Source: Nitrospirota bacterium | GTDB lineage: Bacteria > Nitrospirota > UBA9217 | DNA length: 64,000 nt | Assembly (NCBI GenBank): GCA_963754875.1 | Contig: CAVWHO010000004.1 | Span: forward strand, 1-64,000 | Direction: 5' to 3' | Position numbers and translations under genes: made by a program | The notes under the pieces: model-generated | Databases searched by the model: none | Told to the model about the DNA's origin: nothing | What the model saw: the letters and a program-made list of their open reading frames with translations, nothing else | Part shown: piece after piece, positions 20,609 to 30,600 of the stretch | How the letters are laid out: each line of letters begins with the position of its first letter | Position numbering within the stretch: the first letter of the stretch is position 1

Positions 20609-22326
20609 AGTTTTATCTTCGGATGGCAGCTTCTTCCACAGGTATGGGGGACCGCATTGATCTTGGCGCGGATACCGCCGTAATCCCTGTCCGTCGCCTC
20701 AGTGAACCCGCTCCTGAAATCATCGTCAAGTCGGTGCAGTATCTTCGCGTCGTTCACGTCCTCGGGATCCAGTGCAAGCAGCGCTCTTTTGATGTTTTTA
20801 ATGACGGCATGAGGCGTGCCGGGCCCGGCCACGAGAGGCCCGGTCGGGATGGGGGCGGATTCGGCAAGGACCTCTATGCCGAGCTTCATGTATTTTCGAG
20901 CAACGGCATCCCGAACGGCCCCGGCGTCATACCGGCCTTCCAGGACCGCCTTGACAACGGAATCATGATAATTAAAATTTTCATAGTCGCTCAAATCGCT
21001 GAGGTGTATCCCCGCGTTTGCCAGAAGATAACGGGGGATGAGATTTCCCGACGTGGATTTGAAAGAGGCAAAGGCCACGCTTTTTCCTTTCAGATCCGCA
21101 AGACTTTTGATGGGAGAACCCTTCTTTGTTATGATGACGCACGTATAGCCCGGCGTGCCGTCCGGCCCACGGGGCTTCAAGATGCTTTCCGCCCCGTACC
21201 TCACATGGGCCTCGAGATAGGTCAGCGGCCCGAGCAGGGCCACGTCCATTTCTCCGCTGCCGAGGGCGGTGACCGTCTCTTCGTCGTTCTTTTTTAAAAC
21301 GAGTTCATACTTATAGTGCGTCTTGTCCGCGAGATAATCAAGCAAGGGCTGATACTTTTCATACAAAATCCGGGGGTTGTCCCGCGGAATGACCCCGAAA
21401 TAGACGGTTTTCCTGTCCCTCCCGTGCAATGCCGCCTTAGGGGCACCGACTACCGCCTTCTCCATCGCGCGGATCGTGTCGTAGTTCCGGTCCGGGACCT
21501 CGACGAACCCGTCGATCATCATGGCGTCAAGGATCGCCCGTCCCTTGCCGTTCTTCCCCATGCCGAGAAAGGCTTCCTTGACCTTTTTTTTCAGCGCCGG
21601 GTCGATGTCACGCGTGACGACAACCGGAGGGATGCCGTAAAGCGGAGAACGTTTGATGATTTTGGTATGCCTTATGTAGGGAGAGCCTTTCTTCAGCATA
21701 TATTCATAGATGATGCTCTCGACTGCGGCGCCGTCCACGATCTTTTTCGCGACCATCTCTACGGACTTGTTGTGGCTGTAGCTATAAAGAACTTTCCTAA
21801 AGAACTTCTCGGGGACGAAACCCATGGTCTTCAGAAGGTACGTCGGATACAGTTTTCCGGAATTGGACTTGGGGTCGGTAAAGGCGAAGGACTTACCCTT
21901 GAGATCCGAAAAGGACTTGATTGGACTGTCACTAGGGACGATGATGTAGGAGTGATACGTGGATTTCCCATGCACGCTCGGCGCGACCAGCAGCTCGACG
22001 CCGAAGCGCGCGCGGTTCCTGACGTACGGAGCGGAGCAGATGAACGCGACCTTGACTTCTCCCCGTTCGAGCAGTTCGTCCATCTCTTCATAGGTCCTGC
22101 GATGGACCATCTGGACAGGCTTGCCGATCACGTTGCCGATGTAGTCGATCACGTCCTGATAGTATTTGACCGCGTCCATCGGAGTTATCATCGACGCCAC
22201 GCCGATTTTGAGGGGAGGCTCGGCGGCATGAGCGGACGGCAAAAGACCGACAAGAAGGAAGAAAAGTACGACGGCGAGCAGTGATTTAGTGATGCTGCCC
22301 TGTTCTTTTCTATAAATCGGGATCAC
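20605..22326 (-). CDS. Periplasmic oxyanion-binding protein with two PhnD-like domains (AioX/ArrX-like)
   Basis: Signal peptide; two internal repeats (DLKGKSFAF..PKSNSG / DLKGKSVAF..FKSTSG); AFICSAPY Cys; coupled to a kinase rather than a permease. Confidence 0.82.
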   Translation of the reverse strand: MIPIYRKEQGSITKSLLAVVLFFLLVGLLPSAHAAEPPLKIGVASMITPMDAVKYYQDVIDYIGNVIGKPVQMVHRRTYEEMDELLERGEVKVAFICSAPYVRNRARFGVELLVAPSVHGKSTYHSYIIVPSDSPIKSFSDLKGKSFAFTDPKSNSGKLYPTYLLKTMGFVPEKFFRKVLYSYSHNKSVEMVAKKIVDGAAVESIIYEYMLKKGSPYIRHTKIIKRSPLYGIPPVVVTRDIDPALKKKVKEAFLGMGKNGKGRAILDAMMIDGFVEVPDRNYDTIRAMEKAVVGAPKAALHGRDRKTVYFGVIPRDNPRILYEKYQPLLDYLADKTHYKYELVLKKNDEETVTALGSGEMDVALLGPLTYLEAHVRYGAESILKPRGPDGTPGYTCVIITKKGSPIKSLADLKGKSVAFASFKSTSGNLIPRYLLANAGIHLSDLSDYENFNYHDSVVKAVLEGRYDAGAVRDAVARKYMKLGIEVLAESAPIPTGPLVAGPGTPHAVIKNIKRALLALDPEDVNDAKILHRLDDDFRSGFTEATDRDYGGIRAKINAVPHTCGRSCHPKIKL

Positions 22327-22742
22327 GCCCCTTTCATACTATGCCACGAGAAATATATTAACACGATACTTCAGATATTGTCTATGACGTTCTTACGTGT
22401 TCACACCGTCCAGGTACTGAGGGTCTATCGCAAATCACGGAAATGAGTGTGCAAAACAAGATCCGAAAGGGCAAAATCATCGTAATAGACGGACTCATCA
22501 CATTACGGCCAACCCTTTGATTCGGCGATTAAAACCCGGAAACTAATACAAACGCATTTAGATTCGTTACTGCCAAGTCAACCATGAGCGTTAAACTACG
22601 ACTTCAGCAGGTGAGGCACCATATCTTCACCGAAGGTAATATCATCGATATGCCCCACGATTTTGCTCACACGCGGGCCGAAATGGATGTGTAGCGCGTT
22701 CTGCGTGCCGGGTCCTTCTTGATTGCAGGGGGAAACCATCGA

Positions 22743-23936
22743 TTAAAACACCGGGGTGGGCACGCTTCCCCACCCGCTGCCATGAGGCAACTCTTTGACC
22801 TCGAGCAGCCGCAGGTTGTGTACGTCCACGTCGACCATGAACTGCGGCACGCGCAGAGCATTAATAGAGAACAGATCGGAAGGATTTCTCACAGGGACAT
22901 CCTCAATGGAGATGAAGATCAGCCTCCTGATCATGCCGCTCTCCATACCTGCACTGTTTTGATGCTGCATATGCATGCTGTCGTGCATTGCATGGTGTCC
23001 CTCGCGCAGATGACCGAAGGGATTGAATATCCAGTCCGTGATCATGGCCATCGAGTGGTGCTGATTGAACAGCTTCCAGTCGCCGCCCGTATCTGCGATC
23101 ATTCCCTGCATGATGTAGTATTGGGGTATGAAGTAAACAAGGTACTGTTTATTGTCCTGGATCCGTTCTTTCACCTCTTTCAGCGCCAGAATATCGGACA
23201 TTCTATGGTCCATCATGACTGCGTCCTCGGGAAGGATAGCGACTGCAGTAACATTCTGCGACTTTGTCCAGGTCGTCAGCTGACTGATGGTATAGCCACG
23301 GAGCAGAAATGCCAGACCGATGACTGCGGCCGCGAAACCTGCAGCGAAAACGACTTTCCCGAAGGTTGACGACGGTGTCAGCGATTTTTCAAGACCTCTC
23401 GGTAAAAACATGCCGGTTTTGCCCATGTACGTGCGGTACGTCTCTTCATGGGCATTCAGCATTCTCCGTTCTTCGTCCTTGGCAAGGAAGTAGTAGACCA
23501 ATACCATGCAAATCCACAACACGATCGTCAGGAGCCGCGGCCAGAGGATGGAGAGCCCGAGACCGGCTATCCCGAGAGCGAGATACTGGGGGTGGCGAAT
23601 GGCGGAGTAAAGACCGCCGAGCACCGCCCCTTTTCTCCTGAACTTGGCGGTGTAGATCTGGGCGGCACAGACAAGGAAAATGGCCATCCCGGCGACGAAC
23701 AGGATTGATCCCATGACGCGTATGAATTGCAGGAACAAGTCCTGCGGCAGGACCATATGAGGCAAGAAGAACGCGCTCAACCACCGTGTGGAAGCATTAC
23801 TTGCAAGTTTGAGCAGTATGGGGTTGAAAACCGAGTAAAAGAACCCTGCAAAGGGACTGATCATGATCAGGACTTCAAGGGCGATGACAAAATAAAGGAC
23901 GAGCGCGCTCCTAAGGAGCGTTTTCCTGGTATTCAT
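22743..23936 (-). CDS. ICMT/PEMT-family membrane methyltransferase-like protein with a His/Met-rich C-terminal domain
   Basis: GLYSAIRHPQY, EERRM...Y..Y....GMFLP; start placed at MNTRK. Confidence 0.75.
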   Translation of the reverse strand: MNTRKTLLRSALVLYFVIALEVLIMISPFAGFFYSVFNPILLKLASNASTRWLSAFFLPHMVLPQDLFLQFIRVMGSILFVAGMAIFLVCAAQIYTAKFRRKGAVLGGLYSAIRHPQYLALGIAGLGLSILWPRLLTIVLWICMVLVYYFLAKDEERRMLNAHEETYRTYMGKTGMFLPRGLEKSLTPSSTFGKVVFAAGFAAAVIGLAFLLRGYTISQLTTWTKSQNVTAVAILPEDAVMMDHRMSDILALKEVKERIQDNKQYLVYFIPQYYIMQGMIADTGGDWKLFNQHHSMAMITDWIFNPFGHLREGHHAMHDSMHMQHQNSAGMESGMIRRLIFISIEDVPVRNPSDLFSINALRVPQFMVDVDVHNLRLLEVKELPHGSGWGSVPTPVF

Positions 23937-24109
23937 GAGTGACCTCCCTGGATAGAATATTACCACGGAGCTACGGCATCGGGGAGAAAAACAAGGAATC
24001 TTTGAGAAGAGCAAGATTGAGGATGAATATGATTGACCTTGGCCAAAGCATCAGTGATTGCAACTCGCGTAAAGGCGCTTCCATCAGAAAAGTCAATCCC
24101 TCGGGCCCT

Positions 24110-24949
24110 TTATCTTTTCGCCGAACCCATGGCGAGACCGGATATGATCCTGTCGAGAAAGAACGTATACAGCAAAGCCACGGGAATGCTTGCCAGGAGC
24201 GCGCCGCCCATCAATGCGCCCCAATAAAAGACATCTCCCCGCACGAGCTCCGTCGTCAAACCGACGCCGATCGTCTTTTTCGCAGAGTCCTGGATGAATG
24301 CAAGGGCATAGATATATTCGTTGGCAACAAGCGTAAACGCGAATACGACCACGCTGATGATACCGGGTACCGCGAGAGGAAGCAGAACCCTGAAGAATGC
24401 GCCAAGCCTGCTGCAGCCATCGATTAGGGCTTGCTCCTCGATGTCCTTGGGAATGGACTTGAAGAAACTCATCAAGAGCCATGTACAGAACGGGACCGTA
24501 AAGGTCGGGTAAACCAGGATGAGCGACCAGAGGGAGTTCTGCAGTCCGAGGATCGATACGATGCGGGACAGCGGGATGAACAGCAAGGTCGGCGGAACGA
24601 GGTACGTCAGGAAGATGCCGATCCCTATACTTTCTCCCCATTTCCCCGCCATCCGGGCAAGGCTGAATGCCGCAGGAACAGCCAGGAGAACGGTTATCAG
24701 GACGACCGCAATGCCGACGAGAAGCGTATTCCATAGGAAGGTGGTGAACAGCGTCTGGGAGAACAGGAGCTTCACGTGGTCCAGCGTCGGCAGCTCGGTA
24801 AAAAAGAAGGGGTTGTTATTCGGGTTAAAAAGGTCATGGCTCTTTTTAAACATGGTGACGAGCATGATATAAAAAGGCGAAGCGGAAAAGAGGATGAAGA
24901 ACGTCAGCGCTCCGTAGAAGCCGCCTTTTGAGAATAGTTTTTTCAGCAT
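24110..24949 (-). CDS. Carbohydrate ABC transporter permease (MalG-like)
   Basis: IPKDIEEQALIDG EAA-like loop, six TMs. Confidence 0.93.
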   Translation of the reverse strand: MLKKLFSKGGFYGALTFFILFSASPFYIMLVTMFKKSHDLFNPNNNPFFFTELPTLDHVKLLFSQTLFTTFLWNTLLVGIAVVLITVLLAVPAAFSLARMAGKWGESIGIGIFLTYLVPPTLLFIPLSRIVSILGLQNSLWSLILVYPTFTVPFCTWLLMSFFKSIPKDIEEQALIDGCSRLGAFFRVLLPLAVPGIISVVVFAFTLVANEYIYALAFIQDSAKKTIGVGLTTELVRGDVFYWGALMGGALLASIPVALLYTFFLDRIISGLAMGSAKR

Positions 24950-24958
24950 AGTCGAAGA

Positions 24959-24983
24959 ACTCCTGACTCCTGACTCCTGACTC
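24959..24983. repeat. Heptamer tandem repeat (ACTCCTG)x3.5
   Basis: Visible directly between the two permease genes. Confidence 0.8.
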
Positions 24984-24986
24984 TTT

Positions 24987-25907
24987 CTATGTCACGATCG
25001 CCTTCTTTGCCAGTCTCAGCACGATGATCGCCAGGCCTGCGAGCACGGGAAAGAAGAAGATGGCAATAGCAGCCCCCTGGGCCAGATCGCCCCCCTCGAT
25101 GCCTGTCAGGAAAGCAAGACTCGCCAAAACCTGCGTTGCATTGGGCGGCGGTCCGCCCCTGGTCAGGACCCAGACCACAGTCATGTCGGTAAACGTGAAG
25201 AAGGTAGCGAACAGGACCGTCACCCCGATCACCGGGAAGAGCAAGGGGAGGTTGATGTGAAAGAGCCGCCGGAAATACCCTGCCCCGTCCATCTGGGCGG
25301 CCTCAACGATTTCCTTGGGGATGGAGTTCATTCCCGAAATAAGGATGACCGTCCCGAGAGGAACCAAGCGCCACACATGCACCAGGATGATGGATGCCAT
25401 TGCCAGGACCGGCCGCCCGAGCCAGTAGAGGTTGCTCGCTGGTCCCAGGAGCGCCCCCGGTTTGCCGAGAAGTCCAAGCGTCCTCAGGAGCCAGTCAATG
25501 GGACTGAAGACGGAATCCAAAAACCACAAAAACCCGACAGCACCCAGCGCAATAGGTGCAGTCCAGGGAAGCATGATCAGAAACCGCACAAGCCACTTCC
25601 CCTTGAAGTCCCGAAGCAGAAGTTCGGCAAGAACATGGGCAAAGACGAGGACGAGCGCAACGGAAACCACGGTGAAGATAACGGTATTCAGGAGAGACGA
25701 CCTGAACACCGGATCTTCGAGAATATCGATAAAGTTTTGGAGGCCAACCAGCTTGAAATTGGGATTTCCCACGGTCACGTTGCTGATGCTGTACACAAAG
25801 GACATGACAAAGGGAAAGCCGACGAACAGGATGATGTACAGTCCTGCTGGGACGAGAAGCAGCGGAGCGAGGACTTCCTCGCGGTCAAAGAAATGTTTAG
25901 TTTTCAT
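24987..25907 (-). CDS. Carbohydrate ABC transporter permease (MalF-like)
   Basis: VGLQNF, IPKEIVEAAQMDGA, VLTRGGP. Confidence 0.93.
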   Translation of the reverse strand: MKTKHFFDREEVLAPLLLVPAGLYIILFVGFPFVMSFVYSISNVTVGNPNFKLVGLQNFIDILEDPVFRSSLLNTVIFTVVSVALVLVFAHVLAELLLRDFKGKWLVRFLIMLPWTAPIALGAVGFLWFLDSVFSPIDWLLRTLGLLGKPGALLGPASNLYWLGRPVLAMASIILVHVWRLVPLGTVILISGMNSIPKEIVEAAQMDGAGYFRRLFHINLPLLFPVIGVTVLFATFFTFTDMTVVWVLTRGGPPPNATQVLASLAFLTGIEGGDLAQGAAIAIFFFPVLAGLAIIVLRLAKKAIVT

Positions 25908-25989
25908 ATGATCAACACCCAGTTCCGAGTTTTTAGTTTTAGACTGAGGACCGGATTCCTTCGAAACTCGAACGCCTCAATGCGAAACA

Positions 25990-26991
25990 CTATTTTTTTA
26001 TACTGACTCCCGTCTCTCTATTATAATATCGTACGTCCTTCGCACGGACGGAAAAATCGTACTCCTTGCCTTCTTCCAGGGGGACCCGGAGCGGGAGATT
26101 TGCGATGACGCCCGTTTCGCCGATGGTGCCGTAGGCAAGCTTGAATGACCCCAGGTTTTCGACTCTTACGACCTTGAACCTGAATTTCACCTGCTCATCA
26201 CCTGAGGCCAATTCGGCAGGAAGAAATACCTCGGGCCTGAACCCGACGATGACGCCTTTCTGTTCGATGAAGTTCATCGGCGGATTGCCGATAAAACCTG
26301 CAACAAAGGTATCGGCAGGTTCGTGGTAGATGTCCTCCGGAGCGCCGATCTGGCGCACCCTTCCCTCGCTCATGACCGCGATCCTGTCGCCGAGGCCCAT
26401 TGCCTCGGACTGATCGTGGGTAACGTAGATCGTGGTGACGCCGATCTCCTGCTGGAACTTCTTCAGCTCAACCCGCGCCGTATGACGGACCTTCGCGTCG
26501 AGATTGGAAAGGGGTTCGTCCATGAGCAGGACCTTCGGTTTTCTGACCAGGGCCCGCGCAATGGCCACCCGCTGTTTTTCTCCTCCTGAAATCTGGGACG
26601 GCAGCCTGTCGAGGAGGCGCCCGATCCCCAGGAGTCCTGCCGCCCACTCCACCTTTTCCCTGATCTCCGATTTGTCCAGTCCTTCGACGGTCAGGGGGAA
26701 CGCGATGTTCTTAAAAACCGTTTTGTGGGGATAGAGAGCATAGCTCTGGAACACCATGGCGATCCCGCGCTCGCGCGGCGGGACGTCGTTCACCACTTCA
26801 CCATCGATGACCAGCTGCCCTCCCGTCGGTTTTTCAAGCCCGGCACAGAGCCGCATCAATGTCGTTTTGCCGCTGCCCGAAGGGCCGAGCAGCACCAGGA
26901 ATTCTCCATCCTTGATCTCCACGTCGACGCCGTCAACCGCCTTCACTGTGCCGAAGTGTTTCTTAATACCCCTCAGTTCAACGAATGCCAT
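25990..26991 (-). CDS. Carbohydrate ABC transporter ATPase (MalK-like)
   Basis: GPSGSGKT, ISGGEKQR, LMDEP, FVAGFIG. Confidence 0.96.
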   Translation of the reverse strand: MAFVELRGIKKHFGTVKAVDGVDVEIKDGEFLVLLGPSGSGKTTLMRLCAGLEKPTGGQLVIDGEVVNDVPPRERGIAMVFQSYALYPHKTVFKNIAFPLTVEGLDKSEIREKVEWAAGLLGIGRLLDRLPSQISGGEKQRVAIARALVRKPKVLLMDEPLSNLDAKVRHTARVELKKFQQEIGVTTIYVTHDQSEAMGLGDRIAVMSEGRVRQIGAPEDIYHEPADTFVAGFIGNPPMNFIEQKGVIVGFRPEVFLPAELASGDEQVKFRFKVVRVENLGSFKLAYGTIGETGVIANLPLRVPLEEGKEYDFSVRAKDVRYYNRETGVSIKK

Positions 26992-27044
26992 GCGTTATCC
27001 TCTTAACAGGAGCAAGACTCAGAATTGAAAAGACAAAAAATTTC

Positions 27045-27134
27045 GGACACGGATTTTCATAAAAAACCGGCTGGACTGAGGCGATAGAGAATGTATCATC
27101 GTCCAAGCCGGCTTTTCTGATTGTATCCGTGTCC
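27045..27134. repeat. Long nested inverted repeat between the binding-protein and ATPase genes
   Basis: GGACACGGAT/ATCCGTGTCC outer arms; AAAAACCGGCTGGAC/GTCCAAGCCGGCTTTT inner arms. Confidence 0.7.
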
Positions 27135-27170
27135 AGGTTCTTTTTTATGGGCTGCAACAGCGACGGTTTA

Positions 27171-28592
27171 TCACCGTTTCTTGATCAGTCCCTGTGCTTC
27201 CCACTTTGCAAATATCTTGTTGCACTCGGCCGCCGCCTGTTTGACCGACTCTTCGGCACTCTGTTTACCCTGGGCCACGCGCGCAAACATATTGGGGATC
27301 ACAAAGGTGCCGAAGATCTCCCCTTCAGCCGGATTCGCCGGCCCCGGGTGACCGACGTTCGTGCTCCACTTTTCCGCGTCCTTGAGCGGAAGCAACTTGC
27401 CTTTCGATTCACCGGGTAATGCAAAGGGATCGTTGTCAAACCAGGCGTGAAAGACGTCCCTCGTAGTCTTGGCGCCCTTTACTGCGGGATATCCCCGCTC
27501 GCCATGGGGCACGGCTGCACTAAAGAATGAAGGCGTGGCATAGAGCTCGCTTTCCCAAACTGCCCGGTCGTAATTAGCGACAAGGTCGAGCAGGAACTGC
27601 TTTGCCAGGTCCGCATTCGCCGTGGCGAATTTGGGTATGACCGATACGTAGATGACGTGTTCGCTGCACAAGCCTGTTCCCCGCGGCCCCTTCAAGGCGG
27701 GCGTGAAATAAACGTCCTTGGCGATCTCGGGCACGTCCTTTTGCGCGGACCGGTACGCGGAGATGGAGTTTAAAATATAGGATGCGCGGCCAGCAATGAG
27801 GGCCTGGTTGTTCGAAGCGGGGGTCCATGCAAACACTTCGGGCGTGAGGGTCTTGTCATAGAGCTCCTTCATGTATTTGACGGCCTCGACCGTCCGCTTA
27901 TTGTCGAGGACGACGCGCTCGTGATCGTCCTGGATGCTGGTGTCAAACGACCAGAGCAGGGCCCTCCCCGCCATGTTCGTGTCCAGTTCCTGGGAGAGCC
28001 CGACCCCGTTCTGGATGCCTAGTTCCTGCTTGATCTTTGCCGCATAGACCAGCAAATCCTCCCAGGTCCTCGGCCCCTCGGGCTTTCCCACCTTCTCCCA
28101 TAGTGATTTTCGGTAATCGCCGGGATCGATGGTCCATCCGTGGCAGAACCCATAGTATTTCTTGGTATCGGGGTTGTATGAACTCCGTGTGGCTACGGGG
28201 ACCGGTTTCCCGAATCGTTTTTCCGCTTCCTGGTTGACGTCGGTCAGGTCGAGGACGCTCGGCTCGAAATCCGAAGGAGGGTTGATAAATTCGATCAGAT
28301 CGTGCCCCTTGCCTGCTACGATTTCTGAAGCAAAGGTGCTCCGAAGATCGGAAAGGCTGATGTGATCAATGGTCACATCGACATTGTGCTTCTCTCCCCA
28401 CGCTTTTGCATAGGGGTCGAACCATTTGTCATACCGCGGGACAAAATGGCTCCACTGCAGGATTCTAAGGGTCCTGCGCCCTCCTGTTTGTGCAAATACC
28501 TTGTTTAAATCCAAAACCGACGAGCCGATTGCCAGGCCCGCCGCGCCCACTCCTGCTTTCTTGACAAAATCGCGTCTTGTAATCTTCTTCAT
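27171..28592 (-). CDS. Tat-exported carbohydrate ABC substrate-binding protein
   Basis: TRRDFVK signal, PRTWEDL motif, first gene of the ABC operon. Confidence 0.9.
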   Translation of the reverse strand: MKKITRRDFVKKAGVGAAGLAIGSSVLDLNKVFAQTGGRRTLRILQWSHFVPRYDKWFDPYAKAWGEKHNVDVTIDHISLSDLRSTFASEIVAGKGHDLIEFINPPSDFEPSVLDLTDVNQEAEKRFGKPVPVATRSSYNPDTKKYYGFCHGWTIDPGDYRKSLWEKVGKPEGPRTWEDLLVYAAKIKQELGIQNGVGLSQELDTNMAGRALLWSFDTSIQDDHERVVLDNKRTVEAVKYMKELYDKTLTPEVFAWTPASNNQALIAGRASYILNSISAYRSAQKDVPEIAKDVYFTPALKGPRGTGLCSEHVIYVSVIPKFATANADLAKQFLLDLVANYDRAVWESELYATPSFFSAAVPHGERGYPAVKGAKTTRDVFHAWFDNDPFALPGESKGKLLPLKDAEKWSTNVGHPGPANPAEGEIFGTFVIPNMFARVAQGKQSAEESVKQAAAECNKIFAKWEAQGLIKKR

Positions 28593-28745
28593 GGTAGCCT
28601 CCTGTGTGATTTTACATCGTCATAAATTCACAAAATCCAGCTCTGCATCCCTTCGAAGAATAAGTACAGCCGTCGGGATATCAAATCATATATTTGTTTC
28701 AAAGGCAAGCACAAAATTCATCGGGAAAGGGCCATTTCATGCGCC

Positions 28746-29210
28746 TCATAAATCCTTCAACCGGTGCCGGTACGTATCATAGTTCGGCACCAGGCGCTGA
28801 TACTCTTCAGTCATTAATGTCGACGATATCATAAAATCCGCGGTCGCCCGATTGCACGCCGCGGGAATGTTCCAGACCACGGCGATCCGCAACAGTGCTT
28901 TTACGTCAGGATCGTGGGGCTGCGGTTCAAGGGGGTCCCAGAAAAAAATCACAAAATCGATGGCCCCTTCTGCGATCTTAGCGCCGATCTGCTGATCGCC
29001 GCCCAGCGGCCCACTCTGCAACTTGATAATTTCAAGACCAAGTTCCTTTTCCAGGAGCAGTCCCGTCGTTCCTGTTGCATACAGCCTGTGCCGGGCAAGA
29101 AGGTCTCTGTTAAATTTCGCCCACTCAAGAAGGTCCTGCTTTTTGTTGTCATGGGCAACCAGAACGATATTCTTTTGGGGCCCCATTTCTATTTTCAGGT
29201 GATCATCCAT
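28746..29210 (-). CDS. mgsA: Methylglyoxal synthase
   Basis: [34 protein letters not shown]. Confidence 0.97.
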   Translation of the reverse strand: MDDHLKIEMGPQKNIVLVAHDNKKQDLLEWAKFNRDLLARHRLYATGTTGLLLEKELGLEIIKLQSGPLGGDQQIGAKIAEGAIDFVIFFWDPLEPQPHDPDVKALLRIAVVWNIPAACNRATADFMISSTLMTEEYQRLVPNYDTYRHRLKDL

Positions 29211-29240
29211 AGTACCATTCCCTCACTCCAGCGTCCCGCC

Positions 29241-30245
29241 TCATCGTGCGATGTAATCAGCGAGGTCGAGCAGGCGCCGCGCATAGCCGTATTCGTTGTC
29301 ATACCATACAAACGCCTTGACCACCCTGTCTGCAAGGACCTTGGTAGCGTTAGCGTCCACGATGCCTGAATGTTCGTCCCCGATAATATCGGCGGACACC
29401 AGCTCATCCTCGGTGTATCCCAGGATGCCTCTCATGTCCCCTTCTGCCGCCCGCTTGAACGCGGCGTTCACCATCTCAGAGGTCACATCTCGCTTCACAT
29501 GGGCCGTAATATCGGTGAGTGAACCGCTGGCAACGGGCACTCGCACTGCTATGGCTGAAATTTTCCCCTTAAGTTCTGGAAGCACCCGCTCCGTGGCTGT
29601 GGCAGCACCTGTACTGGATGGGATCAGCGAAACAGCGGCAGCCCGCCCCCGCCGCCTGTGCCTGGGAGAAGAACTGTCTATAAGGGCCTGGCTGGTGGTA
29701 TAGGCATGGATTGTCGTAGCCATAAGGTAATCGATCCCGAAGGCGTCATTCAGCACTTTGACAGCCGTTGCCAGACAGTTCGTCGTACAGGAAGCGTTGG
29801 ACAGTATATGATGTTTTTTCGGATCGTAGGACTTCTCGTTCACTCCCAGAACCACGGTCAAATCCTCGTTTTTTGCTTCTGCGCTGATAATGACTTTCGA
29901 TGCTCCGGCTGCGAGGTGTTTGGCTGCATCTTCCCTTTTGAGGAAAAGACCGGTACATTCCAGTACGATGTCAACACCCAAAGCCCGCCAGGGCAATTGC
30001 TCAGGGTCTCTTTCATGGGAAATTGCTACTCTCGTCGGCCCGAGTTGGAGATAGTCCGGTCCTGTTTTTATTTCGAAGGGGGCCCGTCCGTGGACTGAAT
30101 CGTACTTGATGAGATAGGCAAGCTCTTCAACCGGGGCCGGGCTATTAGCTGCAACTAAGGTTACATGCTCTGGCGCGTTTAAAACATACTGGCGCATGAC
30201 CAAACGTCCGATGCGCCCAAGGCCATTAATGGCTATTTTTTTCAT
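29241..30245 (-). CDS. gap: Type I glyceraldehyde-3-phosphate dehydrogenase (divergent)
   Basis: INGLGRIGR, SNASCTTNC, WYDNEYGY; start placed at MKKIAING. Confidence 0.93.
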   Translation of the reverse strand: MKKIAINGLGRIGRLVMRQYVLNAPEHVTLVAANSPAPVEELAYLIKYDSVHGRAPFEIKTGPDYLQLGPTRVAISHERDPEQLPWRALGVDIVLECTGLFLKREDAAKHLAAGASKVIISAEAKNEDLTVVLGVNEKSYDPKKHHILSNASCTTNCLATAVKVLNDAFGIDYLMATTIHAYTTSQALIDSSSPRHRRRGRAAAVSLIPSSTGAATATERVLPELKGKISAIAVRVPVASGSLTDITAHVKRDVTSEMVNAAFKRAAEGDMRGILGYTEDELVSADIIGDEHSGIVDANATKVLADRVVKAFVWYDNEYGYARRLLDLADYIAR

Positions 30246-30600
30246 GAAGGGCCTCGTCAATCGTGAGGAGCCCTTTGGCAGATACTCTTCTTTGGAGAGA
30301 GAAAATAATCTGTTCCTTTTAACGGTTATGTCATTCTGCAAACTTAACGTTGAAGAGAATTGCTCCCATAACGTGAGTACTGTCCGGGCAACGAATAGCT
30401 TTCGCATATTGTTAATAATTTTATTATACCAGCATTGTGCATTAATTGGGCAGCGTCGGGAAAAGATAATTGCTAACGCGATGAGGGAGGGGAAGTACGA
30501 AAAAGGCTATACAGCGCTGATTATATCAATAATAAATATTTTGAGGTCGAACAGCCGGTGTCAAAGATAATGCCTCAGCATCTTCAACGTGTTGCAGGCA

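Noticed and set aside
29241..30245. GAPDH/ArsJ arsenate detoxification pair
   Set aside because: No arsJ-like MFS gene is present; gap is coupled to mgsA and the sugar genes, 24 kb from the ars operon.
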